Source: a virus
Length of the DNA stretch: 64,000 nucleotides
Direction: 5' to 3' (one strand)
Virus record (IMG/VR): IMGVR_UViG_3300024999_000055
Location: 42,331-106,330 of that record
Shown piece by piece: positions 24,201-33,275 of the stretch (the stretch's first letter is position 1; every line of letters starts with the position of its first letter). A program made the translations under genes and the position numbers. Under the pieces are notes generated by a model, which saw nothing but the letters and a program-made list of their open reading frames with translations, searched no databases and had not been told where the DNA came from.

Positions 24201-25339
24201 ATTTCTCTTTCTTCTATTCCTTTAAATATTTGAGTAATCAAGAAAGTATGTTGATTCTCAATGTCTTCATAAAGTTCTTTTATATATGGATATTTGTCTA
24301 ATATTTTTTGATTAACTGAATACCACTCTGATTTTTTGGGTAATTTTCTCAAAGGAATAATAGATTCTGCAAAAAAATCATATCCTTTAACTTTATCAGT
24401 AATTTCTTTAGTGTTTAATATTGCTTTTTCAATATCCTCAATTTCTAAATAATCCATATTTTTAAATATTTCATCAACGGTGAAGAAATGAGTTGTACTA
24501 TAAAACATATCTACTTCACGATTACCATTGGAATCTTCTTCTGATGTTAAGAACGCTTTATGAATTTCTCTATCTTTAGATGTAAGATAATGTGCATCAG
24601 TTGTTACTATCCATTTAATCCCATATGCTTTTGCTATTTTAATAGCCATTATATTAAAATCTATTTGTTCCTGTTGAAGAGATGGTTGTAATTCAATATA
24701 AAAATCTTCACCAAATAAATCCAAACACCAATTTATAAAATAATCTATCTCGTCTTTTATTTGCTCTTGTTTTTCCTTATTTTCTTCTTGTAATAAATTT
24801 AATATTAAATTTGGCAGTCTACCTCCTAAACAGGCAGAAGACACGATTAAATGTCCTCTGCATTCATTAATAATCTCTTCTATATCACTATAAAATGTAG
24901 GAACTCTTTCTATACCTTTATAATTAAACATTCTTTTCCATGCTTTTGTAGATAATTTCCTAATTTGTTCATGACCTTCATTGTCTTTAGCCAACAAAAT
25001 AAAATGATAAAATTGAGTTTTTCCTTGTTCTTTCATTTCTTCATACATTGTTTCTTCATCAACTAAATAAATTTCATTTCCCAATATTGGTTTAAAATCT
25101 TTATGTATTTTTTCTTTAGATTTTAATTTTTCTACTGTATTTAAAAATTTTACATGAGAACTAAGACATTCATGATCTGTAATAGCCATTGCAAGATTAC
25201 CTAATTTATTTACATATGTAATCATATCCTCAATTTTATTAATTGAGTCCAAAATTCTTATATTTGAGTATTCGCTATGAACATGTAAATGTACAAATAT
25301 TTCATTTAATTTATTTAAATATTCTTGGGAGTAAGGCAA
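21242..25339 (-). CDS. dnaE: DNA polymerase III alpha subunit (SPbeta YorL-like)
   Basis: PHP motifs HLHVHSEYS and AITDHE, GPGRGSA, DIFDIDID, KYDFL, GYSFS..HA..Y. Confidence 0.96.
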   Translation of the reverse strand: MPYSQEYLNKLNEIFVHLHVHSEYSNIRILDSINKIEDMITYVNKLGNLAMAITDHECLSSHVKFLNTVEKLKSKEKIHKDFKPILGNEIYLVDEETMYEEMKEQGKTQFYHFILLAKDNEGHEQIRKLSTKAWKRMFNYKGIERVPTFYSDIEEIINECRGHLIVSSACLGGRLPNLILNLLQEENKEKQEQIKDEIDYFINWCLDLFGEDFYIELQPSLQQEQIDFNIMAIKIAKAYGIKWIVTTDAHYLTSKDREIHKAFLTSEEDSNGNREVDMFYSTTHFFTVDEIFKNMDYLEIEDIEKAILNTKEITDKVKGYDFFAESIIPLRKLPKKSEWYSVNQKILDKYPYIKELYEDIENQHTFLITQIFKGIEEREIKKEKLDDVLERVNIECKEITGASKVKHQPMGAYLNTMQKNIDIIWEEAESFVGPGRGSANGYIINYLLGITQVNPLEQGVEMPHWRFMSAERPDIFDIDIDYSSHKKDVVMDKIVKYYQSIGGDAIRVCTFGTETSKSAILTGCRGLHINNDVALYLSSLVPIERGKVWSIHDCFYGDLDNGRKQVTEFRNMVSEYADKNLLNIILGIEGLINKRSTHACGVIILNEPITKHNSVMRSPSGELISAYELHDSEQVSNLKYDFLNTKTESMLQLTMEMLVKNNKIEWQGSLRKTYNKYLHPDVIDFKSKEMWAILCKGEILSAFQFESSVGEQAIKLIQPQNLIDASNGNTVMRLMVDSGEQPLEKFVRYKNNISEWYRDMKKFGLNKEQIKIMERHLLQDNGVCSSQERMMLLTMDSNIAGFGVIESNKLRKGVAKKQQKLIDDAKTMFFEWGKKANAPQILLDYIWNEQIALQLGYSFSILHAVAYTIILIQQLNLVYYYPPIYWNTAVLMVESGAVDRETCEDSDIEAKERTTNYGEIAKAIGKLQSKDINVSLPYINKAEQGFLPDEQNNEIIFGFKGIMKINNETAQTIMQNRPYKNLKDFHERLVLIKKETTLKTGKSQMRSLVAEGQTIMLIKAGSFDKIENKPREEILEDYLRLLNPSKTKLNSKDISKIAELGIIPIELKDELRFYNFREYLISMKKITDEQSKTIAWHKIKDIYNDEDTEHANNFFLEHFANDMQEDKDYKYDDEGYLLVALGTSRKGSFESVYKNKVVQLNKWITTEECIKTYTNIIFQNIKNQYMKGNISSWEMESMSFYSKESGHELANVNKEKYGIVDFYSLPEEPIVIGFTKYKGLQYPKFQLDRIIGTVLDRDKNKHSVTILTPEGVVTLKFYSGQFSFYDKTISKDNGIDDKGKTKKIILENGWFKRSELLLVTGFRRGDIFKPKRYKNSIYQHSIQRIIEVKEDGTLILQSDRVQLVE

Positions 25340-25357
25340 TATATCATCACTCTTTCT

Positions 25358-27172
25358 TTAAAATCTAAATTCTTTAGCATTTTCCACATTAAAATCAATA
25401 ATATTTATTTGTGGAAAATCATTATTATTCCATTTATTAATTTCAAATTCACCAATAACATCTATTTTTACCTTGTTAGTTTTTGATTTGGATAATCCTT
25501 TATGTGATTTCATAATCATTTGATTATATGTATTTTCACCAGAAAACTTTTTAATAAATGAAATTTTATTAGTACCAATAATCTTTTCAAATTTTATTAA
25601 GTTTCTTTTTTCTCCAAGTAATTGTATATCTTCAATTTTCAATACTATATTTGTAATTGCAAAAATAGGTTTTCTCAATGTATTGCCCCAAATATCTGCC
25701 CATTGACCAACTTGAAGAATATGTTTTTCTTTTAATTTTCCTACAGGTATTTCATAATCAACTAAATATACATCTTCAATATCTACATCTTTAAACATCT
25801 CGTTTAACTTATTTTGTGTCTCTTGAATTTTACTTTCTTTAATTTGAAATCCACCTGCATTTGGATGTCCACCTAACATTATAAAAGTATCAATTTCTTT
25901 TAATATATCCATAAAAGATATTATGGGAAATAAATTATAACTTCTAAAACTCCCTCCAAATATTGTTTCTTGTTCTTTATTCTTTAATTCATTTTTTTTC
26001 ATTTGTTTTAAGATAATAATGGGACGTTTATAAATACTTGCTAATTTATTTGCAACTAATCCAGAGAATGATTTTTCTAATATATCTGTAGCATTTATTA
26101 TAATTACTTTATTATCATTTAATTTTTGTGTTTCAATTATCTCAACCAATTCTTCCATTGATTTTTTGACTATTTTATCTTGTCTAGCTTTGATATTGGT
26201 AGTTTCTCGAATCATACATTCTTGTAAGGTTTGTATTATAATTTCTGGTTTGGGATCTTCTTTGTGTTTCCTTCTTGGTTGATATTCTTTTGTCTCTTTT
26301 TTCCCTAGAAAAGCATTTATTAAATCCATTCTTTCTTTGGCATTCCCTATTCTTGTAGTTGCATTAATAAAAGGAGCAATCTTCCATCCAACAAATGTAA
26401 AATTAATATTTTCTTCATCTACAATTTTATTTTTTATTAAAAATTGATTTATAAATTTATTATTAATAGTTTTTAAACCTTCGATGGCTAAATACCTTGT
26501 TTCGTAATTTCTCAAATCCATAGAATCTGCTATCATACCTATTGCTACTAAATCTAGATAATTATCTGCAAAATTATATTTATATTTTTTATCATATTCT
26601 TTAATAAATTTATAAACCACTCCTGCACCAGATAATGTAGTATTGGGGTATTGTCCATCTTGGCAATTGATAACCACAGCGTAAGGATTATCTTCTTCTA
26701 TCTCATGATGATCAAGAATTAATATATCCACATCTCTAGTCTCTACTAATTCCTTGCATTGTTTTACATCTGATGTTCCAGCATCAGGAACTATTAATAA
26801 ATTAAAATTATATTCTTCTAAATTTTTTACTATAATTCCATGTATTTTATTGCTATTCATTGAATGAGTAATAATTATATTTGGATTTATATTTAATATA
26901 TAATTATCAATTTCCGTAGCAGATGTTAATCCATCAACATCAACATCATCTATAATATGTATTTTACTATTATTTTCTATATGCCAATTAAGCATATTTA
27001 AACCTCTGTCCATATTTTTAAGTAACATTCCATCATGTAAAACTGATTTATTGATATTTAACATCTCTTTTGGATTCTCAACGCCTCTATTTTTTAATAA
27101 AATATCCAATAATTCATTCTCACTAATTAATTCATAACCTTTATTTAAAACTCGATACTTTATTACAAACAT
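25358..27172 (-). CDS. recJ: RecJ-like DHH ssDNA exonuclease (YorK-like)
   Basis: DVDVDG, PDAG, ILDHH, LSGAGVVYK, GGHPNAGG. Confidence 0.92.
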   Translation of the reverse strand: MFVIKYRVLNKGYELISENELLDILLKNRGVENPKEMLNINKSVLHDGMLLKNMDRGLNMLNWHIENNSKIHIIDDVDVDGLTSATEIDNYILNINPNIIITHSMNSNKIHGIIVKNLEEYNFNLLIVPDAGTSDVKQCKELVETRDVDILILDHHEIEEDNPYAVVINCQDGQYPNTTLSGAGVVYKFIKEYDKKYKYNFADNYLDLVAIGMIADSMDLRNYETRYLAIEGLKTINNKFINQFLIKNKIVDEENINFTFVGWKIAPFINATTRIGNAKERMDLINAFLGKKETKEYQPRRKHKEDPKPEIIIQTLQECMIRETTNIKARQDKIVKKSMEELVEIIETQKLNDNKVIIINATDILEKSFSGLVANKLASIYKRPIIILKQMKKNELKNKEQETIFGGSFRSYNLFPIISFMDILKEIDTFIMLGGHPNAGGFQIKESKIQETQNKLNEMFKDVDIEDVYLVDYEIPVGKLKEKHILQVGQWADIWGNTLRKPIFAITNIVLKIEDIQLLGEKRNLIKFEKIIGTNKISFIKKFSGENTYNQMIMKSHKGLSKSKTNKVKIDVIGEFEINKWNNNDFPQINIIDFNVENAKEFRF

Positions 27173-27177
27173 CTCCT

Positions 27178-28314
27178 TTATTTTATCATCTCTTTTAATT
27201 CTTCTATATCATCTATGTAATACCGTTCTCTATATAATTCTTCAAATGTATTTTTTCCAAAATCTAGAGGCGAGTCCTTGTATCTAATGCGATTATCCCA
27301 ACAAACTACTATTGATACATTACAATATGACATAAACATTTCTGAGATTTTTATTAATCTTTTTATATAATTTTCATATTCTTTCCATGCTTTTGAATTT
27401 TTATCTATATTCTCATTGTCTATCAATTCAATTTGATATTGTTTGTCAAATGCAATTGCAATCTCTTCTATTCCTAAAGACAATAATAAATCTCTTTGAT
27501 AAAGACTTAAACTCATCCCACATAGTGCAACAGTAATGTTATTTTTTTGACCATAATAACTTCCATATAACATTACTGCCTTTTCTGATTCAACGATAAT
27601 TACTTTTTTAAATTGCTTTATGTTATTTTGATTTTGAAATATTCCATAAAGATTAAAGGACATTGGATATTTATAAGTTAATCTTTGAATAGTAATTGGC
27701 ATATATTTCTTACCACTTTCAGTTTCATGTTTAAAAAATGCTCTTCCTCTTATACCTACTAGATTGCCATTAATATCATAATGAGGAATTATTGTTTTGT
27801 TTTGGCTTATATAAAATTTAATTTGAAAGAATGAGGCAATTTCATCATTTATACCTTCTGTATACCAAGATAAAGGAATATAATCATCAAACATATTTAA
27901 TATATATTTATCATAGGTAGGAAGTTGTATTATCCTATTTTCTTTTTTATAAAGATGAAATTTCAAAAAATCTAAATCCTTATTTTGTATCTCTCGTTTC
28001 TGTAATCCTATTTTTAATTTTTTAAATCTTGAAATCCCTTTAAAATTACAAATGTAGTTATAAGATTCAATGAAATCAATTCCTTTAGCAGACATAACAA
28101 CATCAAACAAACTTAATGATCCACAACAAGTAAAACATTGAAAAAATTTAGTATCTGAAAAATAATATAATTTATTACTATCTCCATTATGACAAACTGT
28201 ATTAAAATATATATTCCCTTTATCATCTAATTTATAATTATTTGAACCTAAATCTTTTAATATTTCAATAATGTCTTCAGTAGTAATTAAATTAATTAAT
28301 TCATCTCTGTCCAT
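27178..28314 (-). CDS. DNA primase (YorJ-like)
   Basis: TVCH...CFTCCG Zn finger, IIPH..GIRGR, NLYG, TOPRIM VESEK...AFDKQ. Confidence 0.88.
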   Translation of the reverse strand: MDRDELINLITTEDIIEILKDLGSNNYKLDDKGNIYFNTVCHNGDSNKLYYFSDTKFFQCFTCCGSLSLFDVVMSAKGIDFIESYNYICNFKGISRFKKLKIGLQKREIQNKDLDFLKFHLYKKENRIIQLPTYDKYILNMFDDYIPLSWYTEGINDEIASFFQIKFYISQNKTIIPHYDINGNLVGIRGRAFFKHETESGKKYMPITIQRLTYKYPMSFNLYGIFQNQNNIKQFKKVIIVESEKAVMLYGSYYGQKNNITVALCGMSLSLYQRDLLLSLGIEEIAIAFDKQYQIELIDNENIDKNSKAWKEYENYIKRLIKISEMFMSYCNVSIVVCWDNRIRYKDSPLDFGKNTFEELYRERYYIDDIEELKEMIK

Positions 28315-28315
28315 A

Positions 28316-29902
28316 TTAAATCACTCTTTCGGTGATCTTATCTTCTAACTCTATAATCGTTTTATCTATAGATATTGGTTCATATTCTCTATTTGTACAA
28401 AACATATCTATCGTTCTCATATTTCCTAAGTTTTGATGACACCATATTTTAACTTCTTCTGTAATTTCACCGAATCTATTTTTATATATTGAATAACACA
28501 TATTAGGTAATAATGTTTTATTTAATCCTTTCGCCTTTTGAATTAATGGTTGTATATAATCAAGTTCTTTTTTTGTAGGAGCAAAAACAACAATTCCTAC
28601 ATCAGCTTTATTTGGTAATGATCTAGCTCCTTTTACTGCTCTTTGATCTCTAACACTGTCTCTACGTGCTTCATCTGTTGTTTGTGTGAAACCGAAAATT
28701 ACAATATCATAATCTGTAGCTAATTTTTTAGTATTAGCAGAAAGATTTAACAATACTTGATCTTCTCTTGCTGACATTCCTTTAGTTAATTGAACATATT
28801 CTGCAATCAATGCTTGTGTTAATTCAAGGTAATCAATTGCAAGAACATCTAATCCTTCTTTAAATTTATATCTATCTACAGTATTTCTTAGATATGCTAA
28901 GTCATAATTAGATTCGTCTTCTAAAAAGATTTTTGCTTGTTTTACATATTCTATTGCTTTATCAATTCTTTTTTCTTCTTCTTCAGTTAAAGTATTTTTT
29001 TTGATTTTATATTCTTCCACTCCACTAACAAATGCCCACATCATAGGTTCTAACTCTTCATATATTTTCATTTCTGTTCCTATATATAATCCTACATTAT
29101 TTTGACCATTAGGATTAGGTAAAAAATTTTCCTTGTCATGATCCCATAAATAGGGACTACAAACTAATAATAATCTTTCAATTGCAATTCTTGTTTTGCC
29201 TTTCCCACTATCCCTTGTTTCAAGAAAAAATCCTCCTTTTAATGCACCTCTTGTAAGAGTATTTAAATACTTACTTTCAATTCCATATCCATAGCATGGA
29301 GATTCCTTCATTTTAATTCTTAATTCTTCTGCATTATCTCCAGATTTTCTTCTTTTAGATGAATCTTTTATAAAGAATTTCTCTTTAACATTGAAATTTT
29401 TTCTATCGAAATGTTGTTGTATTTCATTTAATGTCATAGATTCAAATTTTTCTTGTTGTTGCTTAATGATTATATGATCTATTTCTTCCATGTCTAAAAT
29501 TTCAGATACATTTATACCTTCACTTATGTAACTTCTTAATAAAGATAATTTTCTAATTTTATTATAGTAATATTCATAGTTAAGAATATTAGCATCTTCA
29601 TATACTTGAGATAACCATTCAAGATTCTTTTCATTTTCAAATAACAAGATATATCCTTTTGGATCATTTGTATTTAAATATGTTTCAATATCTGAGATTC
29701 TAATTTCTTTTAATTCCTGAAGATATAGATTATAAATACAAGTGAAAGTTAACTTATGTATGCCATTTGGAAAATCTTCATCTACATTCAGTATAAATTT
29801 TTTATCTTTTAATAAATAAGGATCTTTCATTAAACATCCTAATACTTGACAAGATGCTCGTTTATCAAAATATTTCTCTATTTGTTTTTTAGTTATTCTC
29901 AT
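28316..29902 (-). CDS. Replicative DnaB-like helicase (YorI-like)
   Basis: SGKGKTR Walker A, YIGTEM, AIDYL, FTQ, KADVG, KNRFG. Confidence 0.88.
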   Translation of the reverse strand: MRITKKQIEKYFDKRASCQVLGCLMKDPYLLKDKKFILNVDEDFPNGIHKLTFTCIYNLYLQELKEIRISDIETYLNTNDPKGYILLFENEKNLEWLSQVYEDANILNYEYYYNKIRKLSLLRSYISEGINVSEILDMEEIDHIIIKQQQEKFESMTLNEIQQHFDRKNFNVKEKFFIKDSSKRRKSGDNAEELRIKMKESPCYGYGIESKYLNTLTRGALKGGFFLETRDSGKGKTRIAIERLLLVCSPYLWDHDKENFLPNPNGQNNVGLYIGTEMKIYEELEPMMWAFVSGVEEYKIKKNTLTEEEEKRIDKAIEYVKQAKIFLEDESNYDLAYLRNTVDRYKFKEGLDVLAIDYLELTQALIAEYVQLTKGMSAREDQVLLNLSANTKKLATDYDIVIFGFTQTTDEARRDSVRDQRAVKGARSLPNKADVGIVVFAPTKKELDYIQPLIQKAKGLNKTLLPNMCYSIYKNRFGEITEEVKIWCHQNLGNMRTIDMFCTNREYEPISIDKTIIELEDKITERVI

Positions 29903-30407
29903 TACCTACCTCCCAATTTTTTTGCAATGGTAAAGGTTTTTTGATATTAATTTGTTTACTTGATATTTGTGTTTTTATATTTATAATTTGTTCATTATTA
30001 ATAAATTCTTCAGATTTATCTTCTAAATTAAATACCTTATTATAATGATTTTTTGCTTTCTCATAATAATAAGGTATAATACCTAATCCAGTTTCATCTA
30101 AAACTTTATTTTCTAATACATCATAGTAATATAATAATGTATAATACATCCCTATATTAGTATAATTATAATTATCTCTATAGGTTTTTAATTGTTGAAA
30201 CATCATACCCGTTGGAACTTTTATATTGTATATCTTACATATGTATTGAAATAATAAATCCCAGTCATTTTTATATTTATCAGATTCTATTTCTTTTGTT
30301 TCTAAGCATTTACTACAGTATTTTTTATTACTTTTAACAGTTAAATCTTCTTTATTGAAAGATTCTTTGCATATATAACATTTTAATTGTCTTTGTTTTT
30401 TTTCCAT
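29889..30407 (-). CDS. YorH-like replication protein (Zn-binding N-terminus; possible helicase loader)
   Basis: CYIC...YCSKC, GLGIIPYYYEKA; position between AAA ATPase and helicase as in SPbeta. Confidence 0.6.
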   Translation of the reverse strand: MEKKQRQLKCYICKESFNKEDLTVKSNKKYCSKCLETKEIESDKYKNDWDLLFQYICKIYNIKVPTGMMFQQLKTYRDNYNYTNIGMYYTLLYYYDVLENKVLDETGLGIIPYYYEKAKNHYNKVFNLEDKSEEFINNEQIINIKTQISSKQINIKKPLPLQKNWEVGNENN

Positions 30408-30428
30408 AAATCAACCTACCTTTTAATA

Positions 30429-30458
30429 AATAAAGAGGTAGTTTCCTACCCCTTTATT
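30429..30458 (-). terminator. Rho-independent terminator
   Basis: AAAGGGGTAG-GAAA-CTACCTCTTT followed by a U-rich tail on the minus strand. Confidence 0.7.
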
Positions 30459-30473
30459 CTTTTTATAATATTA

Positions 30474-31499
30474 TTAATCTTCCATTTCTTCTAATAATTC
30501 TTCTAAATCTTGTTTAATCCGCATTAAAGGTTGAATTTGTTTTTTAGTAGATTCACTAACAGTAACATCTTCCCCAAGATGTTCAGCAACAATATCTGCA
30601 TATTCTTCAAGTTTATCAATTTCTTCAAATCGTGTAAATAATTCTCCGATGGATTCTTTTAATTCTTCATGTGTAGGTTCTTCACCTTCATAAATTTCTC
30701 TTTGTGCTTTATAATCAATATCATCTTTTTGACCAGACATTTCCTTTTCTTTAATTAAACCTGCAATAATAACTTTTTCTAAATTTTCTGCTGTAAAATC
30801 TTCAATATAACGCTCAGTATAAATATTTCTGCATCGAGCAAAAAACTCATCTGTTTCTGCTAAATAACCACTAGAATGAATAGGATTCCCTTCTTCATCT
30901 ACACCATTTGATTTTAGATATACAATATAATCAGAATTATTTCGGATAGGTGCAATGTTTCTTTCGTCACCTTCAATAACAAATTTTTCTTTATCTTTAT
31001 CAAATTTTTCATGACCAAGAAAGACTACTGTAAACCCAAGTTTTAATAATTTATTAACTTGATTAAACATTTCATCTTGATATTCTTGCCACAGACCATA
31101 ACCTTTATTTCCTGTTTTGATACTTGTTGAGCCAAATTTCTCAATTATATAATCTCTACACCATCTACCCATAGTTTCCATACCATCACATATAATAGTA
31201 ACTTGTTCTTGTTCAAGAATTTTACACCATTTCTTACCACCTAAAGTTCTTAAATGTCCTGTAAAATCACTCCATTTATTTGCTTTTAAAACAATAGCAC
31301 CACTAATACCATTTAAACCTTCTTCAAAAGGAATAAAAACTGGATTTTTAAATTTAGATGCTTGATAGGTTTTCCCCAAATCATTATATCCATATATTGT
31401 AATAATTTTTCCTCTTAAATCAGTAGTAATTTTACTTACTTTAGCTTTGTCTCTAAAAGTTGTTTCAACCAAACTTAATAAATCACTTGAAATTGCCAT
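30474..31499 (-). CDS. AAA_24 / Sak4-like ATPase (YorG-like)
   Basis: IYGYNDLGKT, FEEG, GYG.W, VFLGHE. Confidence 0.8.
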   Translation of the reverse strand: MAISSDLLSLVETTFRDKAKVSKITTDLRGKIITIYGYNDLGKTYQASKFKNPVFIPFEEGLNGISGAIVLKANKWSDFTGHLRTLGGKKWCKILEQEQVTIICDGMETMGRWCRDYIIEKFGSTSIKTGNKGYGLWQEYQDEMFNQVNKLLKLGFTVVFLGHEKFDKDKEKFVIEGDERNIAPIRNNSDYIVYLKSNGVDEEGNPIHSSGYLAETDEFFARCRNIYTERYIEDFTAENLEKVIIAGLIKEKEMSGQKDDIDYKAQREIYEGEEPTHEELKESIGELFTRFEEIDKLEEYADIVAEHLGEDVTVSESTKKQIQPLMRIKQDLEELLEEMED

Positions 31500-31593
31500 A
31501 AAATATATTCCTCCAATTTATATTTATTTTATATTTATGTAATAAGCAAATGAGGAAGGGGATTTCTCCCCTATCACTCAATTAAATATCAGA

Positions 31594-32547
31594 TTAGAAT
31601 TTAGGGCGTTCCCTCTTAGTTGTATTTGCTCCTGTCCCTTTTAATCCTTTTCCTTTTTTATCAGTATATTCTTCATTCTTTTTATTTTCAATTTCATTGT
31701 CTCTTTCGATCTTAGCCTTTTTTACAAGTTCTGGATCGAATTCTTTTTCTTCATCTTCTTGAATATCTGCACCAAGAACAATTAACTCATTAACATACTC
31801 TCTATGTTCTTCAATTTTTGCTTTACCTAAAGTTCCACCTTTTTTAGTTTTAACAATTTTACTTTGGTAATTGATGTTGCCCCATAAATTTAATGTCATA
31901 CCTTCTTCAACAGAATTCAAAACATCTGCACCAAAGTCATATTCTTCACCTTCATCATCAATAATTGTCCCTGCAACAAATTCCATAGGAATAACTTTCC
32001 CACCATACACAGGAATCCATCCTGAAATTATTGTCCTACCAGTTTCTTCATCATTTTTTATTTCCTCTTTAATTGACGTAACATACATTTCTACATCAAA
32101 ATCAGCTTTATAATCTTCAGGTTTAATACTATTATCAATTGAAATCGTACCAAAACCTAATTCAATAGTAATTTTAGTTTTTACTTCCTCAGATTCTTTA
32201 ATTTTAAATATTTCTTCTTTGAAATGTGGTACAAAATCTTTATTGCCAAAAACTCTTACCTTAGTTACATTTTCTCGATCTTCATCATTTTTACAATCTG
32301 CAAGTGTTAACTGTTCTTTTTCAATGAATTTATTTAAAGTTTCAAAAACTTTTTTAGCTTTACCATCTTTATTTTTTTCTTTTACAAAAACCTTTACTTC
32401 TAATTCTGAAAACTCACCAGTTTTAACTATCAATGAACCATTTATGTAGTTACCCTCTTTATCTTTGTTAAATTTTAATTTGTGTTCTTTAACTTCACCT
32501 GTTAATGTAACATTGTTAACCGCTTGTCTCAATTCATTATTTGCCAT
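31594..32547 (-). CDS. Single-stranded DNA-binding protein (YorF-like)
   Basis: LRQAVNNVTLTGEV OB-fold start, acidic C-terminal region ending PKF; synteny. Confidence 0.65.
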   Translation of the reverse strand: MANNELRQAVNNVTLTGEVKEHKLKFNKDKEGNYINGSLIVKTGEFSELEVKVFVKEKNKDGKAKKVFETLNKFIEKEQLTLADCKNDEDRENVTKVRVFGNKDFVPHFKEEIFKIKESEEVKTKITIELGFGTISIDNSIKPEDYKADFDVEMYVTSIKEEIKNDEETGRTIISGWIPVYGGKVIPMEFVAGTIIDDEGEEYDFGADVLNSVEEGMTLNLWGNINYQSKIVKTKKGGTLGKAKIEEHREYVNELIVLGADIQEDEEKEFDPELVKKAKIERDNEIENKKNEEYTDKKGKGLKGTGANTTKRERPKF

Positions 32548-33193
32548 ATGTAATATTAGTCTCCTTTAAATTTTAATTTTTATTTTTACAATCTATATAC
32601 TTATTTAATAACTAAACTATCAATCGACTAATTAAATCCTACTCTTCATCCTCTTTCTCATCATCTTCAACATATAATCTCAGACTTCCTTCTTGCATTT
32701 CAACTACATTCCATCTTTCATTATGTTTTCCACCATCAGGAATAAATTCAATTTCAACTTTCTCTGGTTTTGTACCTTTGAATCCAGTTACATTTCCTAC
32801 TTTTAATTCTCCGTTGTCTTCTGAAATAAATCTAATTTTGTTTCCTGTAGAAATGGTTTGCAATTCTCCTGTATTAATTTCTACTTCAATTGATTTGTAC
32901 GGAACTTTTTCAACATTGACCATAAATAAATCATTTCTCCTTTTCATTATAGATTTTATCTTATTTTACACTTTAAAATCTTAGAAGCCTAACTTTTTAC
33001 AAATCATGACCAAATATTCCTTTTATCATGATTTTCTGAAAATTGACATGCTCTAAACCATTATTTTATAGGGGTTTGTGATTTGGTATATTTTGTAAAT
33101 CACCCTTTCTTTGAAATATTTTCTTACCTTTTCGATTTTTTGATGAAATTTGAATCATTTTTGATATTTTTCTTAATTCCTTCCTACATCACT

Positions 33194-33222
33194 ATTATAT
33201 TCCCATTCTGTATAATTGTCAA
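33194..33222 (-). promoter_or_regulatory. sigma-A promoter for the replication operon, overlapping an inverted repeat (33219..33267) after ligA
   Basis: TTGACA-17 nt-TATAAT; TCAAGAGAGAATTTAA...TTAAATTCTCTCTTGA stem. Confidence 0.8.
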
Positions 33223-33275
33223 GAGAGAATTTAATTTATTTTTTGTTTTAGTTAAATTCTCTCTTGAATAGGAAA

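Noticed and set aside
21242-25339. Intein or intron in dnaE
   Set aside because: The frame is continuous with no C...HN/GN-[CST] splice motifs; the extra length is in the C-terminal region.
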